Shown in pieces: positions 36,338 to 49,955 of a DNA stretch of 64,000 nt. A program made the translations under genes and the position numbers. The stretch covers positions 99,326,001-99,390,000 of the forward strand of contig NC_045697.1 in assembly GCF_009834535.1 (NCBI RefSeq), given 5' to 3'. The notes under the pieces were generated by a model, which had not been told where the DNA came from, ran no database searches, and saw nothing but the letters and a program-made list of their open reading frames with translations. This DNA is from Camelus ferus. Its lineage: Eukaryota. Position 1 is the stretch's first letter; every line of letters begins with the position of its first letter.

Positions 36338-37324
36338 TTTCTAATATATTTGTTCCACAGTTCGTTGAATCTCCAGACATAGAACTTGTGGATATGGAGG
36401 GCTGGCTGTACATTAGTTCCTTATTCGTCTTGACGTTTTTGTTATCTTGATATTTTTTGTTATTTCCCTCTAATTCAGACTGACAGAAAATGGAGAAATG
36501 TCATTGCTTAGGAAGAATAAATCATAACATACTTTAGAAGAAGTTTCATTGATCTCAGGATTACACAACACCTCAAGCTAACTAAGGTTAACAAAGTGTT
36601 GCTTAGTTAACAGTGACTTGGAGTCAGTTAAGTGCTTTAATAAGTATATAAGGCTTATTTGTAATTAGCATATTGACTGTTTATATATAAAGAGCGCTTC
36701 TGAAGTGCTTGAGCGGAGCTACAAAGCAGCTTGTTAAGAGTTTTAAACATCCCCCTGCAAATCATTTATTTCAATACTAACAGACACTGTTTTTAAAGCA
36801 AGTCTTTTCTAGTCCAAGGAAACATCAACCAAAAAGCCAAAATCACCACAAATTCCAAATAAGTATAGTCAACCAGTAATTTTTTTTTCTAGAAAAATGT
36901 TACGCAAAGTCCTTTTAAAAGTAGGTTTGCATGAGTAACAAATGATTGGAAAAGGCACTATGATACTCAAAGACCTAATCTAGTTTCAAACACTTTCACC
37001 AGCAGTGTTGATCTCCCGTATTTCCATTTTAAGCGAAATGACCAAATTCTACAAGATCTATGCAAGAGGCCATCTCCCTTTGATTATAGCTGATAGAACC
37101 AGGGGGAGTCCCTGGTCCGAGGAAAGCCCGCGGTCTCTGTGTGACACAGGCTGGCTTGAAAAGACGAACTTGATCCATCAGCTTCTGACTCAGGGAAATG
37201 TATCGGGAACACAGAGAAAGAGGCAGTTAGCTACGGTGGCAGAACAAAAAGGACAGAGACACAGAGAGAGGCCAGTGGGTGCAGGGAGCCAGGGTGCAAA
37301 AAAACTACTATGAGGAAACAGAGA

Positions 37325-37425
37325 TGTCAAGAGAGGAAGGAATGGAGGGAGGGAGGAAAGAGGAGAAAGGAAGGAAGGAAGGAAAGGAGGAAAAATTGAG
37401 AGAGAAACATACATACACAGACACA
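37325..37425. repeat. Polypurine (GGAA/GA)-rich low-complexity tract
   Basis: Read directly. Confidence 0.85.
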
Positions 37426-37769
37426 CAGACAAGACAGATGACAGATGGACCAGGTGACCCTTAAGAAGGCATGGTTTGCCCCTAGAGATTTCCTTGTTGG
37501 CTTTTTTCCACTCAGGCCCAGCCCATAAGCCTTCTTAGAGTTAACCTCTTTGTCTTTTGAGGTAAACTGAATGTGTCACTGTTCCTTATTCTGTAAATTG
37601 CTTCCAGAGATTAACTAAAATGCACTCAAACATCCTCCTAATAGGAGCAAAGTAAGGGGCCCTGGACTGTGTGTTTGTGGCTGGGGGGCAGGATGGAGAG
37701 ACATCAACACAGAGTGCATTGTACACACATGAGCCTTCCTTCTTATAAATGAGAATTTGCTGACATCTG

Positions 37770-38750
37770 TCTGTACCTTCGCTGGTACAGAACCGCAGAA
37801 GGGTCTTTTCCCGGGATGGCCGAGACCTGGGTTAACCAGCAGTGGCGGCTGCACTGTGGGGCCTGACGCCAGGGCTGCTCGAGGAGTCTGTCACACTCCT
37901 CTGATGTTCCCGGGCAGGACAGCTTCTGCCTGCTAAATATTTATTTAATCCAATTTGGCCAATCAAGCTTCAGGTCTAATATATGATTACAGTAACAGGC
38001 AGCTCTTAACCCAGTGTCCCCTTCTACTTCCCGAGGTCAGCCGGGGGCTTTGTGTGAAAACCAGGAGCCGGCAACGCAGGGAGGGGGAAACCCACAGAGA
38101 GAAAGGGGGAGAGAGAGAGAGCGTGTGTGAATGTGTGAGGGTGAGTGTGTGTTGAGGGAGGAGGGAATGGAGAAAAACAAAAAAGGAAATGGGAGGCTGT
38201 GTGAAAACGCATGTGGAAATCCTGTCACAACTGGAAATGCAGATTAACATGTAAAAAGCCAGTGGTGGCCTGGGTTCTCAGCCTCGCTGCAGCACTGATG
38301 TCATTCTCTGCTCATCGGAAAGCTGAGGCTGGGGGAGGGGGGCTCTCCGACTTCTAGGTCCATCCAAAGACAAACACGAACCACGTGGCTCTCCCTACCC
38401 CTCACTTAAGTGCGTGTGGAGAGAAGGGACCTCAGCGGGACCTCAGCGTCCAAAGCGGAAAACACCAAACTCAACTCAGCGCAAACTTTCCTCCGCATCA
38501 AAGAAATCTGCTGGGATGCCGCTGCCGTTTTTCTAAACCTCTTGGCCCTAACACCACTTTGTAATGTCCACGGAGGGCAGGATTCTTTATCCGCAGAGAG
38601 AAAATAAACCCTGAGGCCTACAGCAATTTTCTGCTTGTTGAATCTCGTGCCTGGTTTGTTTCAACAAAGCTCCGGTTTCCTTAGCGTCACCTGGCCCCAT
38701 CTACAGACCAGGCGCTTCCAGGCGGGTGTAACCAGGTTTAGCAAGAGATC
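37770..38750. promoter_or_regulatory. Weak CpG-enriched island / candidate promoter
   Basis: About 30 CpGs counted by eye in ~950 bp versus a depleted background; CCAAT x2, TTGGCCAA, TATTTATTTA, GA/GT tracts; no repeat homology. Confidence 0.5.
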
Positions 38751-41239
38751 TCTGTTTTGCCAGACACTTAATGTCCTGGGCAACAGACTGCTGCCAATAT
38801 CCATTCAATTAGAAGGTATTAATCATCCATTTTACTGTTCTTCCTACTGCCCATCACCCGCACCACCCCCCTACCCCAGCCTCAGCAAGACATGGGGCCC
38901 AGCGGTCTTCTCATGTAATCCAGCCTTCCTGGCAGATGCAGTTACGTGGCAACCACACAGATACTTATTTTGTTTTTCAGACCGATATTCTATGAATCCT
39001 TACAAGTTTATTAGATCTGACTCATAACAATCCATCAGCCATAAGTGCAATAAATGATGCTTGTAAATTAATACCCACATCTCAGCAGAGGAGGTTTTAC
39101 ATATTAAATTATCTTTAAAGTTATAAATAAATAACATACGCAAAATAGATTTAAGCAATAAACATATATTCAACAAACAATAGTCAGGAAGCTTCCTATT
39201 CACCCAGCAAAAGCAGTTTCGGCAATATCTTGCTAATGGACCCCCAACCCCCATTCCCTGTCCTCCCTCTCTTCCCTGATAAAATCACAAATCCATCACG
39301 TTCAATATTGGGGTCGTTCCTTTCTTAGCAAAAATGGTGCTCCCTTTATCCAACACTGATTCTCAAGGCTTCAGCTAGCTTGCTTTTTTTAAAGGAATCA
39401 TTTAGAAACTTTCCAAGATATCTTTGCTCCTACCTCCTCTCCTTTATGTCTCCCACCCCCTCAACAACGTCACTTGAGCAGCCTTTTCAAAATCATTTTC
39501 TTCGTTATTATGTTAACAGCTTTATTACATGTGTGTAGACATAAAAACACACTGTTCAGCTTTTTCCTATCCCTTATAATCAATGTGTTGCAGGTGATTA
39601 ATAATACACTAAATTTTATCTTTATTAAGTAATGAAGTTAGGGCATTTGTGGTAACAAACTACTGAGTCACGGAACTCCAGTTTCATTCAATAAATTGTT
39701 TTGTATAGACATTTAGGTTCTTAGAGTTGAACCCTAGATTTCAGATATGACCTGATTAAAGACTCTACTGGAAGATCGTTAGGGCCTCACTTCCTATTGA
39801 AAAATCTTCTTCAAGGAACTGTTTCTTCATTTAGGTTGGCCTTTACCACTGACCTATATGCTTCTTCTACCTTAAGAAGAGACATACCCTAAACTTGAAA
39901 GTACTTTGTCTCTTTTCTCTATTTACCTATGAAGTTTGGCTTATTTTTGCAATTTATCAAAAGAATAACATCCTTTAAACAGTCTTTAGGGAGTTGATTT
40001 TTTTTTTTCTCACTCAATACTGTATTCCTAAGATTAAGCAGCTTTTAAAAAGTGACCCCCTGAAAGGAAGTCATGTTGAAATCATGGCTTCAGTAGAGTT
40101 TTTTGAGAACCAAAAACATTAGAAACTTATCTTGTTTGTGAAAGCCAAGAGGCTGCATTCAGGAGCCAGTAGTCTATTCTGTTACTTTATGAAAGCAAGG
40201 GAGGGTCAAGTTTCTACCAGGTGTCAAACAACTATACCACATTATCATCCAAAAATATATCAGAAAACATTTGTTTATTTTTATTTGTGTTTTTAGACAA
40301 AGGGAACAGGAAAGAAAGTCTTCAATGCTATTTGCCAACTTTTATTTCTAACTAGCTCAATTTTCTGAAAAATACACTCAGTAAAAAGGTTTGCAGAGAT
40401 ACTTTCTTTCAGTACAGAATTAAAATCTGCAATAATTTCATCAAATGTTGCCCCTCCTGGAAATGTAATTCTTGTTGCACTCTTGCTTCCTATAACTAAA
40501 TATCTTCTTCTTAACCTCAGTCATAGATTGAACCCATCACAACAAAACATCACAGCATTAACATCAACAGCAATTTAAAGTGAATTAAGGGTTAATGGCA
40601 AAAGTCTGATCTAGACATTGCTATGTCAAGGGACATTTTTATTCCTTAACCTCAAAGGCAACAACAGTAGAACTCAACTTTATTTCGGACACTCCTGTAG
40701 CTTCCTTGGCCCCTTTCTAATGTTTCTTTTTTTCCTTTGCTTCTCTGCACACAGATGTGATTTCTGCCGGCGAATTTAGGAGGACTGCCCCAATAAATTT
40801 CATTACCTTTCCTGCCTTCATGCAATTTCCCCAGACTTCAAAATTTCACCAACCAGACAAATCAAGATGCACAGACTTCAACTCAATATCCCTGCTAGAT
40901 TCTGAGCCCAAACAAACCCTGATTTAGAGGTCGTCTGCTAAATAAACCACTTCTTTGATACCACACACACTGCGCCCCCTGTCTTCCTGGGCCAGCATGG
41001 ACACACTTACATCCCTATGGAGTCTGGTTGCCAAGGGCTATGCGTAGTCTCTGAGGCCAAGAGATTTTAAAATACAGGCAACGACATATTCTGAACGTAT
41101 AACAGCAAACATTTTGAACTGTCTGTAGACGTTGCGTAGGCACTTAGTACTAGACAGAGGTGGGAAGAGACAGGGCAGGGATGCTCAGTCCCAGGCATCG
41201 GGAGCACAGTCTCCTCCAGGTGGGGGAGACCCTAGGGAC

Positions 41240-41350
41240 CACCTAGTCCAACTCCATCCATTTACCACAAAGGAGACTCAGATCCAAAGTCACAAAGTGA
41301 CTTGCTCAAGGTCACAGAGCCAGTTTGAGAGAAGCTAAGGCCAGAACCTG
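41240..41350 (-). mobile_element. MIR fragment
   Basis: catttaccacaaaggagactcag...aagtgacttgctcaaggtcacag. Confidence 0.7.
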
Positions 41351-41845
41351 TGTCTGCTGTCAGTCAGCTTCTCACACTTATTCAAGCCATCTCTAGACTG
41401 GAAAATCAGAAAACAGAAAGATGCTCGAATGCATATGCTCACATTACATTAGCACACTGCATATCATAATCGTGCCTGGGTGATAAGATACACTATGGTT
41501 GTGGGAGTGGTGATGGTTGTGATGGTTATGAGAGAGGGTGAAGTATTTTAATAGCCTGCTGCATTAGGAAATAATGGCACAATTTCCTTTTGCCTCAAGG
41601 GTTATGCAAGGAATCGAGATAAAACTCCAAGTTAAAACAAAAATAGTTAATTCAAGACAAGGGAGGCCATCTTTTCCTTGATAAAGTTGATTTAAAGATA
41701 TATACAATATATTTCATATATATATATCAAAGATGTACTTAACATATTTATATTAAGTAATATATCTGGGTATATAGGAATATATTTCAAAGATGTGCAA
41801 AACATGTATTGCAGTTAAAACAGTGAGACTAACGTGAATGGATGG

Positions 41846-41983
41846 GGGGAGGGTACAGTTCAGTGGTAGAGTGCTCCACTCAGCATTAGCCCAGGAGGTC
41901 CCGGATCCCCAGTCCCCCCATTAGAGTAAATAAATAAGCCCAATTATCTTCCCCCCAAAATAAATAAAAACAAAAATAATTTT
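41846..41983 (+). mobile_element. Camelid tRNA-derived SINE (Vic-1-like), B box damaged
   Basis: ggggagggtacagttcagtggtagag...taaataaataag...aaataaataaaa; TSD tgaatggatgg at 41835-41845 and 41984-41994. Confidence 0.85.
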
Positions 41984-42469
41984 TGAATGGATGGCCAGTG
42001 GTATTCACAGTGCCACCCAGTACACAACCTCTTCTGGATATACACAGACCTAGTTACTATAACCAGTAGTACAGGTATCGTCTTTCCCAGACACAACTTC
42101 ACTAATCATCTTTTATAACCTTGAGGTGTGTGTGACAGAAGAAGGATCTGTAACCAATAATGCCTCCCACACTGCATACTGTGAAGGGCTGGCTCCTAAT
42201 TTAAGTCTATTCTACGAACAGCGTCCCTCCTCTCCCTCCTGGAACACAGGAGACCTTTACTCAAGAAGACCCAGAGCCACACCCCCGATTCTTTGCTACT
42301 CTCCATTCTTCACATTTTGTCTGATGCCACTCTTCAGGGACTGTCTCTGGTATGTGTTCCTTCCTTGTCCACTACCATAGACTTCATTGAGGTTCCCTTA
42401 GCAAACGTTTATATAAACTGCTATGCAAAAGCCATGTCAGTGTTCTCATTTCTCTTCACTCTTGACAGA

Positions 42470-42960
42470 GGCATCAGAATGATCATCATATAAGCACAAC
42501 TCCAGACGTCATTAAGTTGCTCAGAAGTCTTCCATGGCTCCCTACGGTTAAGTGAAGTCCAAACTTCTTGGCATCATATCCCCCATTCTCCAAAGATGGC
42601 TCAGTCTGGCTTACAGCCCTGACTCTAGGCCTCCCTTGGTATTCCCGTCAGTTCCTCTGGATCTCAGTGCCTGGAATGCCCTTTCACACACTCTCACCCC
42701 CACCCCAGCCTCCATCACCACCAGCCAAAGCACAGTCTGTTTTTAAGGCCCCATTCTCAAACAATCCTTCCCCAAATCTCTCAGTTACAATCTCCTCTCT
42801 TCTCTCCTGTGCTTCCATAGCACTCTGTTAACATCGTTAATGACAGCTCTTAATACGCTGCTGGATGTCTTTTTTCTCCATTCGCCTATACATTTCCTGA
42901 GGGCTTTGATACCTCTGATATGTCTGAATGAGGCACCAGCACAGAGCCTCTGCACGGTCC
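42470..42960 (+). mobile_element. L2 fragment
   Basis: cttccatggctccc...aagtccaaacttcttggcat...tgcctggaatgcccttt. Confidence 0.65.
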
Positions 42961-43222
42961 TTGAATTTGAATGCACTTCTTCATGCCAGATCATTTGTTG
43001 GTGCTCTCCTTTTCCAATCGGCCATACCTCTTCTGCATTGCTGAAAATTGGTTTTTAGGTGCATCCTGATGCTTTCCCCTCCTTGCCCTTCCTCCGCCCC
43101 AACCACTAATACTGCTTGTTGTTGTTTCATTTAATTTGCCAGCAACCACCTTCACTTGTATTTAGCGAACTTATTTTCTCCACATTTATTCAACTCAATC
43201 TATGTCATATCAGCACAATATA

Positions 43223-43562
43223 TGTCTTAGTCTTTTTGTGCTGTTGTAACAAAAACACCATAGACTGGGTGGCTTATAAACAACAGAGATTTATTTGTCA
43301 CTGTCCTGGAGACTAGAAGTCTAATATCAGGGTGCCAGTGTGCTCTGGTGAGAGACCTCTTCCAGGCTGCACACTTGTCGAATCCCCACATCGTGGAAGG
43401 GGAAGGGGGCTTTCTCGGCCACTTTACAAGGGCACAAATCCCACTCACGAGGGCTCTGCCCTCATGACCTAATCACCCCAAAGTCCTCACCATCTAATAC
43501 CATCCCCTTGGGGGTCAGGTTTCAACATATGAATTTTGGTGGGTCACAGTCAGCCTAAAGCA
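43223..43562 (-). mobile_element. MaLR solo LTR (MLT1A-like)
   Basis: tgtcttagtc...ccatagactgggtggcttataaacaacag...catgacctaatcacc...tttcaacatatgaattttgg; near-TSD atata/atatc. Confidence 0.88.
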
Positions 43563-43599
43563 ATATCTAAAGATTTGCTAGGGCATCTAGGGTAAAGGA

Positions 43600-43780
43600 T
43601 GCGTGGAATCCACACTCCCTTATTTCCTACCATGTGACTTTAAGCAATATATTTAACTGCTCTGAGCCTTTCCACACCCGTAGAAAGGTTGGCAATTCCT
43701 CAATTCTGAGGACTGCTGCGGCGTAATACAGGTAAGCCACCTGGCACAGGGAAGGCATTCAACAAATAGTACGTGGTGTA
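43600..43780 (+). mobile_element. MIR
   Basis: atgtgactttaagcaatatatttaactgctctgagcct...cctggcacagggaaggcattcaacaaatag. Confidence 0.7.
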
Positions 43781-46700
43781 TTTCAGACCTGGCCAAAGAA
43801 ATCTGGTTGAGAAAGAAAGCAAATTGTCTCCTGAAATCTGTGTTAGCTGCCTCATGAATGAACTAAAAACGTGGCTCCCTCCTTGGGGGCCCACTTGGCT
43901 TCCCCCCAGCACACTGGTTCTCTAAATTCCTTCACCTGCACGCTGTTACATGTCTCTCCTCACATGTACTCAACACAATGCCAGGCACATAGCACCCTTC
44001 ACTCAACAGGCGCAGCACAGTCCAGTCTCCATTTCTGCCATGTCCCGAGACACAGACATAGAATACCAGGGATCTGCTGTTCATTAAGATTTACTTATAT
44101 AACTTAGGAGTTGGCTCAATTCTCAGAGTTTGTTATTAATGATATTGTCCCATAATCTATGTTAAATATAGATCATGAGTGATGCTGATGAATGAGTTGG
44201 ATGTCACATTTGTGTTAGTTCAATTACAATCATAAATTAAAATGTTCTCCACCTCTACTATGTAGATTTGGTCTAGGGTTTCATTATGATGACATAATAC
44301 TCTTCATTTTCATAAAGACATGCTGGCTTTTTTATTTTGTTTTCTATTTCTAGATTTAGCTGTACATTATTGGCAACATAGGCTGCCCAAATTACAGAAA
44401 TTGGTAATAACTTATATTTATACTATCTTTGAAAATCCTTTCCAGGGTGGAAGATTTTCTAGTTTAAGTTGTTATATGTGTTTAATCTTTGGTTTTCCTA
44501 CTGTATTGTAGATTCTGCAAAAAAATCCACAGACTTATGAATTTATCACTGTATGCTTCTGAAACAGAGCCATCAACACACAAAGGTAGGTCGGTGAATT
44601 AGGTATAAAACTTTCAACAGTACCTGTATTACGTCTGTTAAGAAGTCTTCTCCCCAAATGTCATGCTGTAGCCTTCCTCTGGTGCACAAAGCTAGGATAA
44701 TCCTAATTTGCCGTCATTGTTGGTGGTGGTATTGGAGTCTTTTTTTTTCAGGGTTGGGGGAGAATTCTGGAGGCAGACAGAATGACAGCAATGACCAGAC
44801 ACCAACAAGGTACGTGCACTCACATGTGTGATATGTCTCACATATGTGTGTAAGCAGGTGTTGTGTGCATGTGTGCAGGCACAGAAAGTTGAGATATATG
44901 CTAAACCTCACTTGAGCAAGACAAAATGAGACATGGTCAGCCTCTGGGACCTTTGATCTAATGTGCCCTCATATTTCAGTATGGAACACACAATTGAATG
45001 AATTAATCAGTCCTCTCTTACTTCACATTAGAAACCTTTAACACCAAAACAAAGAGGCATGACATCAAGGGGGATGCAGCCCAGAGGACTTCATTTCACT
45101 GTCTAGTAGCCAAGTGACAGATTCAGGAGTCCACGCCCATTTCACCATGGGCTGACGAACACAGGGTTGCAGCATTCTCCTTCCCATCCTCTGCCCGGTT
45201 ACAGACATGTTGTGGTCTGGAACCACTGTGGGATTACGGAAGTAAGTTCTCTGTGATCAGTATGGGTGGGACACTGACCAGAAGAGACGAACCAGACATC
45301 TCATTTGAGAGCCAGCACTCTATGACCATGACATGAGGCCCCTGGGTCCCCTCTGTCTTAGGTTGTATCTTACTTAAATCACTCATCAGAAAGAGGATTT
45401 AAATCAACCTTCAAGAAGATACAATTTCATGAATTTTTTTCTTACCAAGGTATGCCTCCTGTGGTATATATTCCTAACATTGATGACAAACAATTTAGGT
45501 TTCCAGTTCTTCCATGTAAAAAAGATACATATAATATCTGCAAACTACTTAGAAACACACGTTGGAGCAGTTACATTACAAAACTGAGTCGTGGCTTGGT
45601 TATTTTATTCCTTAAAGCTAAATAAAGCAAGCATCTGTGAAGTCATGGTGAGACAAAGCATTTTCAGGTTGACAGGTTAATCTGGGCAACCTTTTTCACT
45701 CTGCTGTATTAGAATAACAACCATCATAACTCAAAACAATTGATATTAAATTTTTGCTAAGGTAAAATGTTTATATAAATGTGTTTATATTTTGATCGTT
45801 TTCTTCAACAAACACATACAATTTTTTAACAAAAATATAAAATCACATGTTATTTTATTTATACATGTGAAATGGGGTGCTGACAAAAATAAAAAAAGAA
45901 TTCTTTATTTACATAAAATGATTTTTCCAAAAGGAAAAACTTAAAATATAGGGTTGTTTAGAACAGCATCTTGCCCCTCCAATCATATAACATCAAAGAG
46001 TAGAAAGCTTCTTCTATTATAGAAAAAGAATTTATAATCTTCATAGCATATGAAGGTAAAAGAAGATACTGGAGAAGCCCGGCATGACTGACAGGAAAAG
46101 AATAAAGAGGATCCACAACTGATGGGGCCTGGGGAGGGCTCTAGAGAGGTCACAAATTGCCAGAGGCCAGAAAAGTAAAGTGTCCATGCTTTGAAAATAG
46201 AGGAAAGAAGTAGAGAAGAAACAAGCTGAGCATTAGAGAAGAAGAAAAGGAAGCCAATGTAATCTGAGCCCTGGGGTGGAAGGTGGTTATGAGGGATGGG
46301 CGCAGGAGAATGCTTAGGGTTTATTTAAGGGGATAAGCTCATTGCAGCAACCCTGGAATTCCAGGGTATGACGAGCTCTGGAGCCAACTGATTATGTAGA
46401 GTAGCATTCTGGTTAAAATGCAAGTAGAAAGAATCAGGACCAAGCGTGGATGTGTGTGGAGCTGGATTTAATACCTACACTGAATGTATGTGATACTCTT
46501 GTTTAGAATACGTACAATGGGTATCTTGCAGTAGCAGATTTTATATGCTAAATAGCTCCCTTCTGTGGATTATCTGCAATCTGTTGGTTACTCACTACAG
46601 AAAGTCTGAAATACAACATGTTACTAGAAGGTTAGGTTGCAGCCCAACGGCAAAAGTTTAAAAATGGAGGAGTCCCTCACCCCCAAGCCCTAGGAAAGGG

Positions 46701-46874
46701 TGAAAGCAATTGCTAGGAAGTTCTGACTTGCGGTTGGCTCTGAGCAGTTTCACTCTCCCAGGCTTCCCTTTTTCCTTCTTATTTACTTGGCCAATTAAGG
46801 AGAGAGAAGCTTCTCTGCTTTTTAAATTTTAGTTTCTCAATTAAGACTGAATTATCCCAAGGCAAGTAACTCTT

Positions 46875-47115
46875 CCTATAGGGCACAGCATGGTGACTAC
46901 AGTTAATAACACTCTACTGCATATCTGAAAGCTGCTAAGAGAGTAAATCTTAAAAGTACTCATCACGAGAAAAAGAAATTCTGTAATGTGTGGCAACGGA
47001 TGTGAACTAGACTTACTGTGGAGATCGGTTTGCAATATATACAAATAGCAAATCATGATGCTGTACACCTGAAAGCTATATAATGTTGTCTGTCAATTAC
47101 ACCTCAATAAAAAAC
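46875..47115 (+). mobile_element. L1 (L1MA-like) 3' end
   Basis: acagcatggtgactacagttaataac...gctaagagagtaaatcttaaaag...tgtcaattacacctcaataaa. Confidence 0.85.
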
Positions 47116-47169
47116 ATCTTAAATAAATACTTGCCTATCAAACCCTGAATTGATCAAAATAATTTTTTA

Positions 47170-47400
47170 AAAGGTTAAGTACATATCATTTAAAGTTAAA
47201 TTTGAATTTAAAATATCAGTCTAAATCCATGACAGTTTTTCTTAAGACACACACATATTTCCTAGCTTTGTCAACCAAAAAGCCTAAGAGCAATGACAAT
47301 CTTGTAGCAATGAGCACCCCTCGGGCCCAGTTCGTGGTCCAAAAACTACTTTACACCAAGATGAAAAAGGACTCCTTGGAAGAATGGCGAATTCCAGATT
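47170..47400 (+). mobile_element. Old L1 (L1MC-like) 3' fragment
   Basis: acatatttcctagctttgtc...gtagcaatgagcacccct...ctccttggaagaatggc. Confidence 0.75.
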
Positions 47401-49719
47401 TTTTTTAAGATAGGACTCTTCCTATTTCTGCAGATTATTTGAATGATCATTTTACTTGCTTCTGATGAATTCAGATGTTTAAATGATCTCCAGCAATACA
47501 CTGATGTGACTTTGTCTAAAACCTTGTAAAGAAAGACTTTTTGAAAGATGTATCCTTAAGCCCTGAAGATTCATACTTGTTATTATGGATTGATGATGGT
47601 TCTTTTTTTTAAATAGCCAAACATTTATCCTTAATTCTAAAACTGAACCACAGAAAAACAGCATATTCCACAACACTCAGATAAAAGTCAAAGTTTTAAC
47701 TGCATGGAGATATTTAAATGTTAACAGATCGTCACGATAACTTTAAACTAGCTTCACCAACTTTGTTTTACCGAGTTTAAATAGCCCGATACCAGATAGA
47801 TATTTAGTAAATGTTTGTACGAGGCAGATTTGTCCCTACATTTAATAAAACTAAGTCATAATTTTATTTAAATTGTTGAAATCTATCAGTTCCTTCAGAT
47901 CATGGTTTTACCAGCACAGTTTCATCAACCTGCTCTTGTACATCCTACTAAAGCATTTAACCAGGCAGTGGTTCCTAATAAGCCACTGTATGAAACAAAC
48001 AAAAGAGGGGGGGAGGGAGGTGTTTCCTGGGAACTAACAGCCACAATAAGGAGCCAGTGGATTGTTCCTTAATAAGTGTATGCACTGCACATCACCTCAG
48101 TCCTGATTAACTACATTCTATTTTAGCACCAGACATCTTCTAGTGAGAAAATGTTAAGCTTCCCCAAATGGTGTGATGGTAGAATCAGAATGGAAAATAT
48201 CAGTAAAACCTTGTGAACAGTCTGCCCCGCCAAAAGTGAGCTTGTAAATGGTTTCATCTTTCCTGGTTCCATCTTTATGTCTTTTGGACTAATCATTCAA
48301 TATACACAATAGTGAAAACTTTCTATATGCAAAGTGTGGCAAAATCATACATTCAGAAGCTAAAGATAATATATGCCTCAGATTTATACTACAAGGTGGT
48401 TTTTTAAAGGTAAGGTAGGATTATTAATTACCTAGACAAACCACCCAGGTTTATTTTTTTCAGACTCAAAGAAAGTGGGTTTGAGCAAATTTTCATGGTT
48501 GATATGAAGGACGAATGGCTAGAATCAAGTGCTTTTCAGTCTGTGTAATGAGTCTGACAATGTGAATAATCTCAATGCAATAATTGTTTTAGTGCTAAAC
48601 ATGTAAGTATGTACAAACACATAAAGGTAATCCCTGCATAGTCAAAAAATAACTATACCAAACACATAACTGCTAATTCTGGGAATAATATGATGAATAA
48701 TTACAGATTTTTAAAAAATGTAAGTACCTATGCTGGAAAAAAAAATTATTTCCAGTAGAATAATTAGTGCATTACTTGAGTAAAAATCAAAATGAAAGCC
48801 TTCCAAATAGCCTAGTTGACACCCCTCGTTTTATTCAAGTAAATAAATATTATTAAGTAGTATGGTAAGAGCTAAAGCAGAGGAATAAAACATTCTTCCT
48901 GCCTTCAGGGAGCTTATCAATTCACTGAGGGTCAAAAAATAGACTTCTTAAACTACCTTACATCCACTCCTACTGATGCTTCAAAAGGAAGACAAAAATA
49001 GCACCTGAACTTCTCCAGACACACACACGTGCACACTCACAACCTTTACAAAGGCAGAGTTTGCAACATGCTATAATTAAGCTCATATCCTGACAGTAAA
49101 AACAAAAAGTTTTCTTCTAAATATAGAGGAATACTCTCCACATGGCAGAACCTCTCTGACTTTTGTTTTAAAATAGTCATTGATGTCAGCGTCTCTGTTA
49201 CATAAAAGAATCACTCTGAAAATACACATACAGGAGACATGAGCATTGTACTGTGTCAATTTTTCATTTGCAACAGAGATTTTCTTAACATCTCTGGTAA
49301 ATTTTCTTCCTTCCTGGTCCCTGCTCTAGCTCTAAACTGCTATTTAAACAGCATTTTCCTTCTTATTCTCAAGGTAGTGAAGTGCCGTTTGCTAAATGGA
49401 CATGAGAGGTATCCAGCGCCCAGTTCCCAGGTCTCAGTGTTCTACGAAGGCTGTCCCCAGATCTCCAGGGAGGAAACCTGTCCGCGGCAGAGAACCTACA
49501 CACACAGGTCGGCTGTCAAGCACCCAGGGAAGGTCCTGCTCAGTGAAACACCAATACTGGCGTGAAAATGACAGTTTCCTAACATACCAGATTGGACTCA
49601 GTCCTATTTAATGAAAGAACTAACCTGAGAGCAGTTCAATACACGCCTTGCAGAACATTTCCCAGCCCCTAGCAGAAGGTAGGGCTGATTTTAATTTACA
49701 GAATTTAAAGAACATTAGA

Positions 49720-49955
49720 GGAGAGTGGTAAGTGTTTGGGCTTTGGTATTCCTGCCATCCAGAATCCAGCTACCTGAGATGATCGTGGAGCAAGTTAACC
49801 CCTGTAAGTCTCAGTTTTTTCAAGTGGAAAACAATGATAATAATGGTACCTTCATCACTGGATTATTGTGACAATTCGTGTGATGATACAAAGAAAACAT
49901 TCAATATGGTGCTGGACACAGAGAAGATCTTAATACAAGGTAACTAGTATTATTT
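49720..49955 (+). mobile_element. MIR
   Basis: gcaagttaacccctgtaagtctcagttttttcaagtggaaaacaatgataataatggtacc. Confidence 0.8.

Larger units (their letters stand above)
35675..36408. mobile_element. MER2/Tigger3-type MITE interrupted by two nested insertions
   Basis: ggataccaaaacccacagatgctcaagtcccttatataaaat...tacctaataca; end ggatatggagggctggctg followed by TA. Confidence 0.85.

Noticed and set aside
37950..37958. CCAATTTGG as an SRF CArG box
   Set aside because: Only five A/T bases between CC and GG; the consensus needs six
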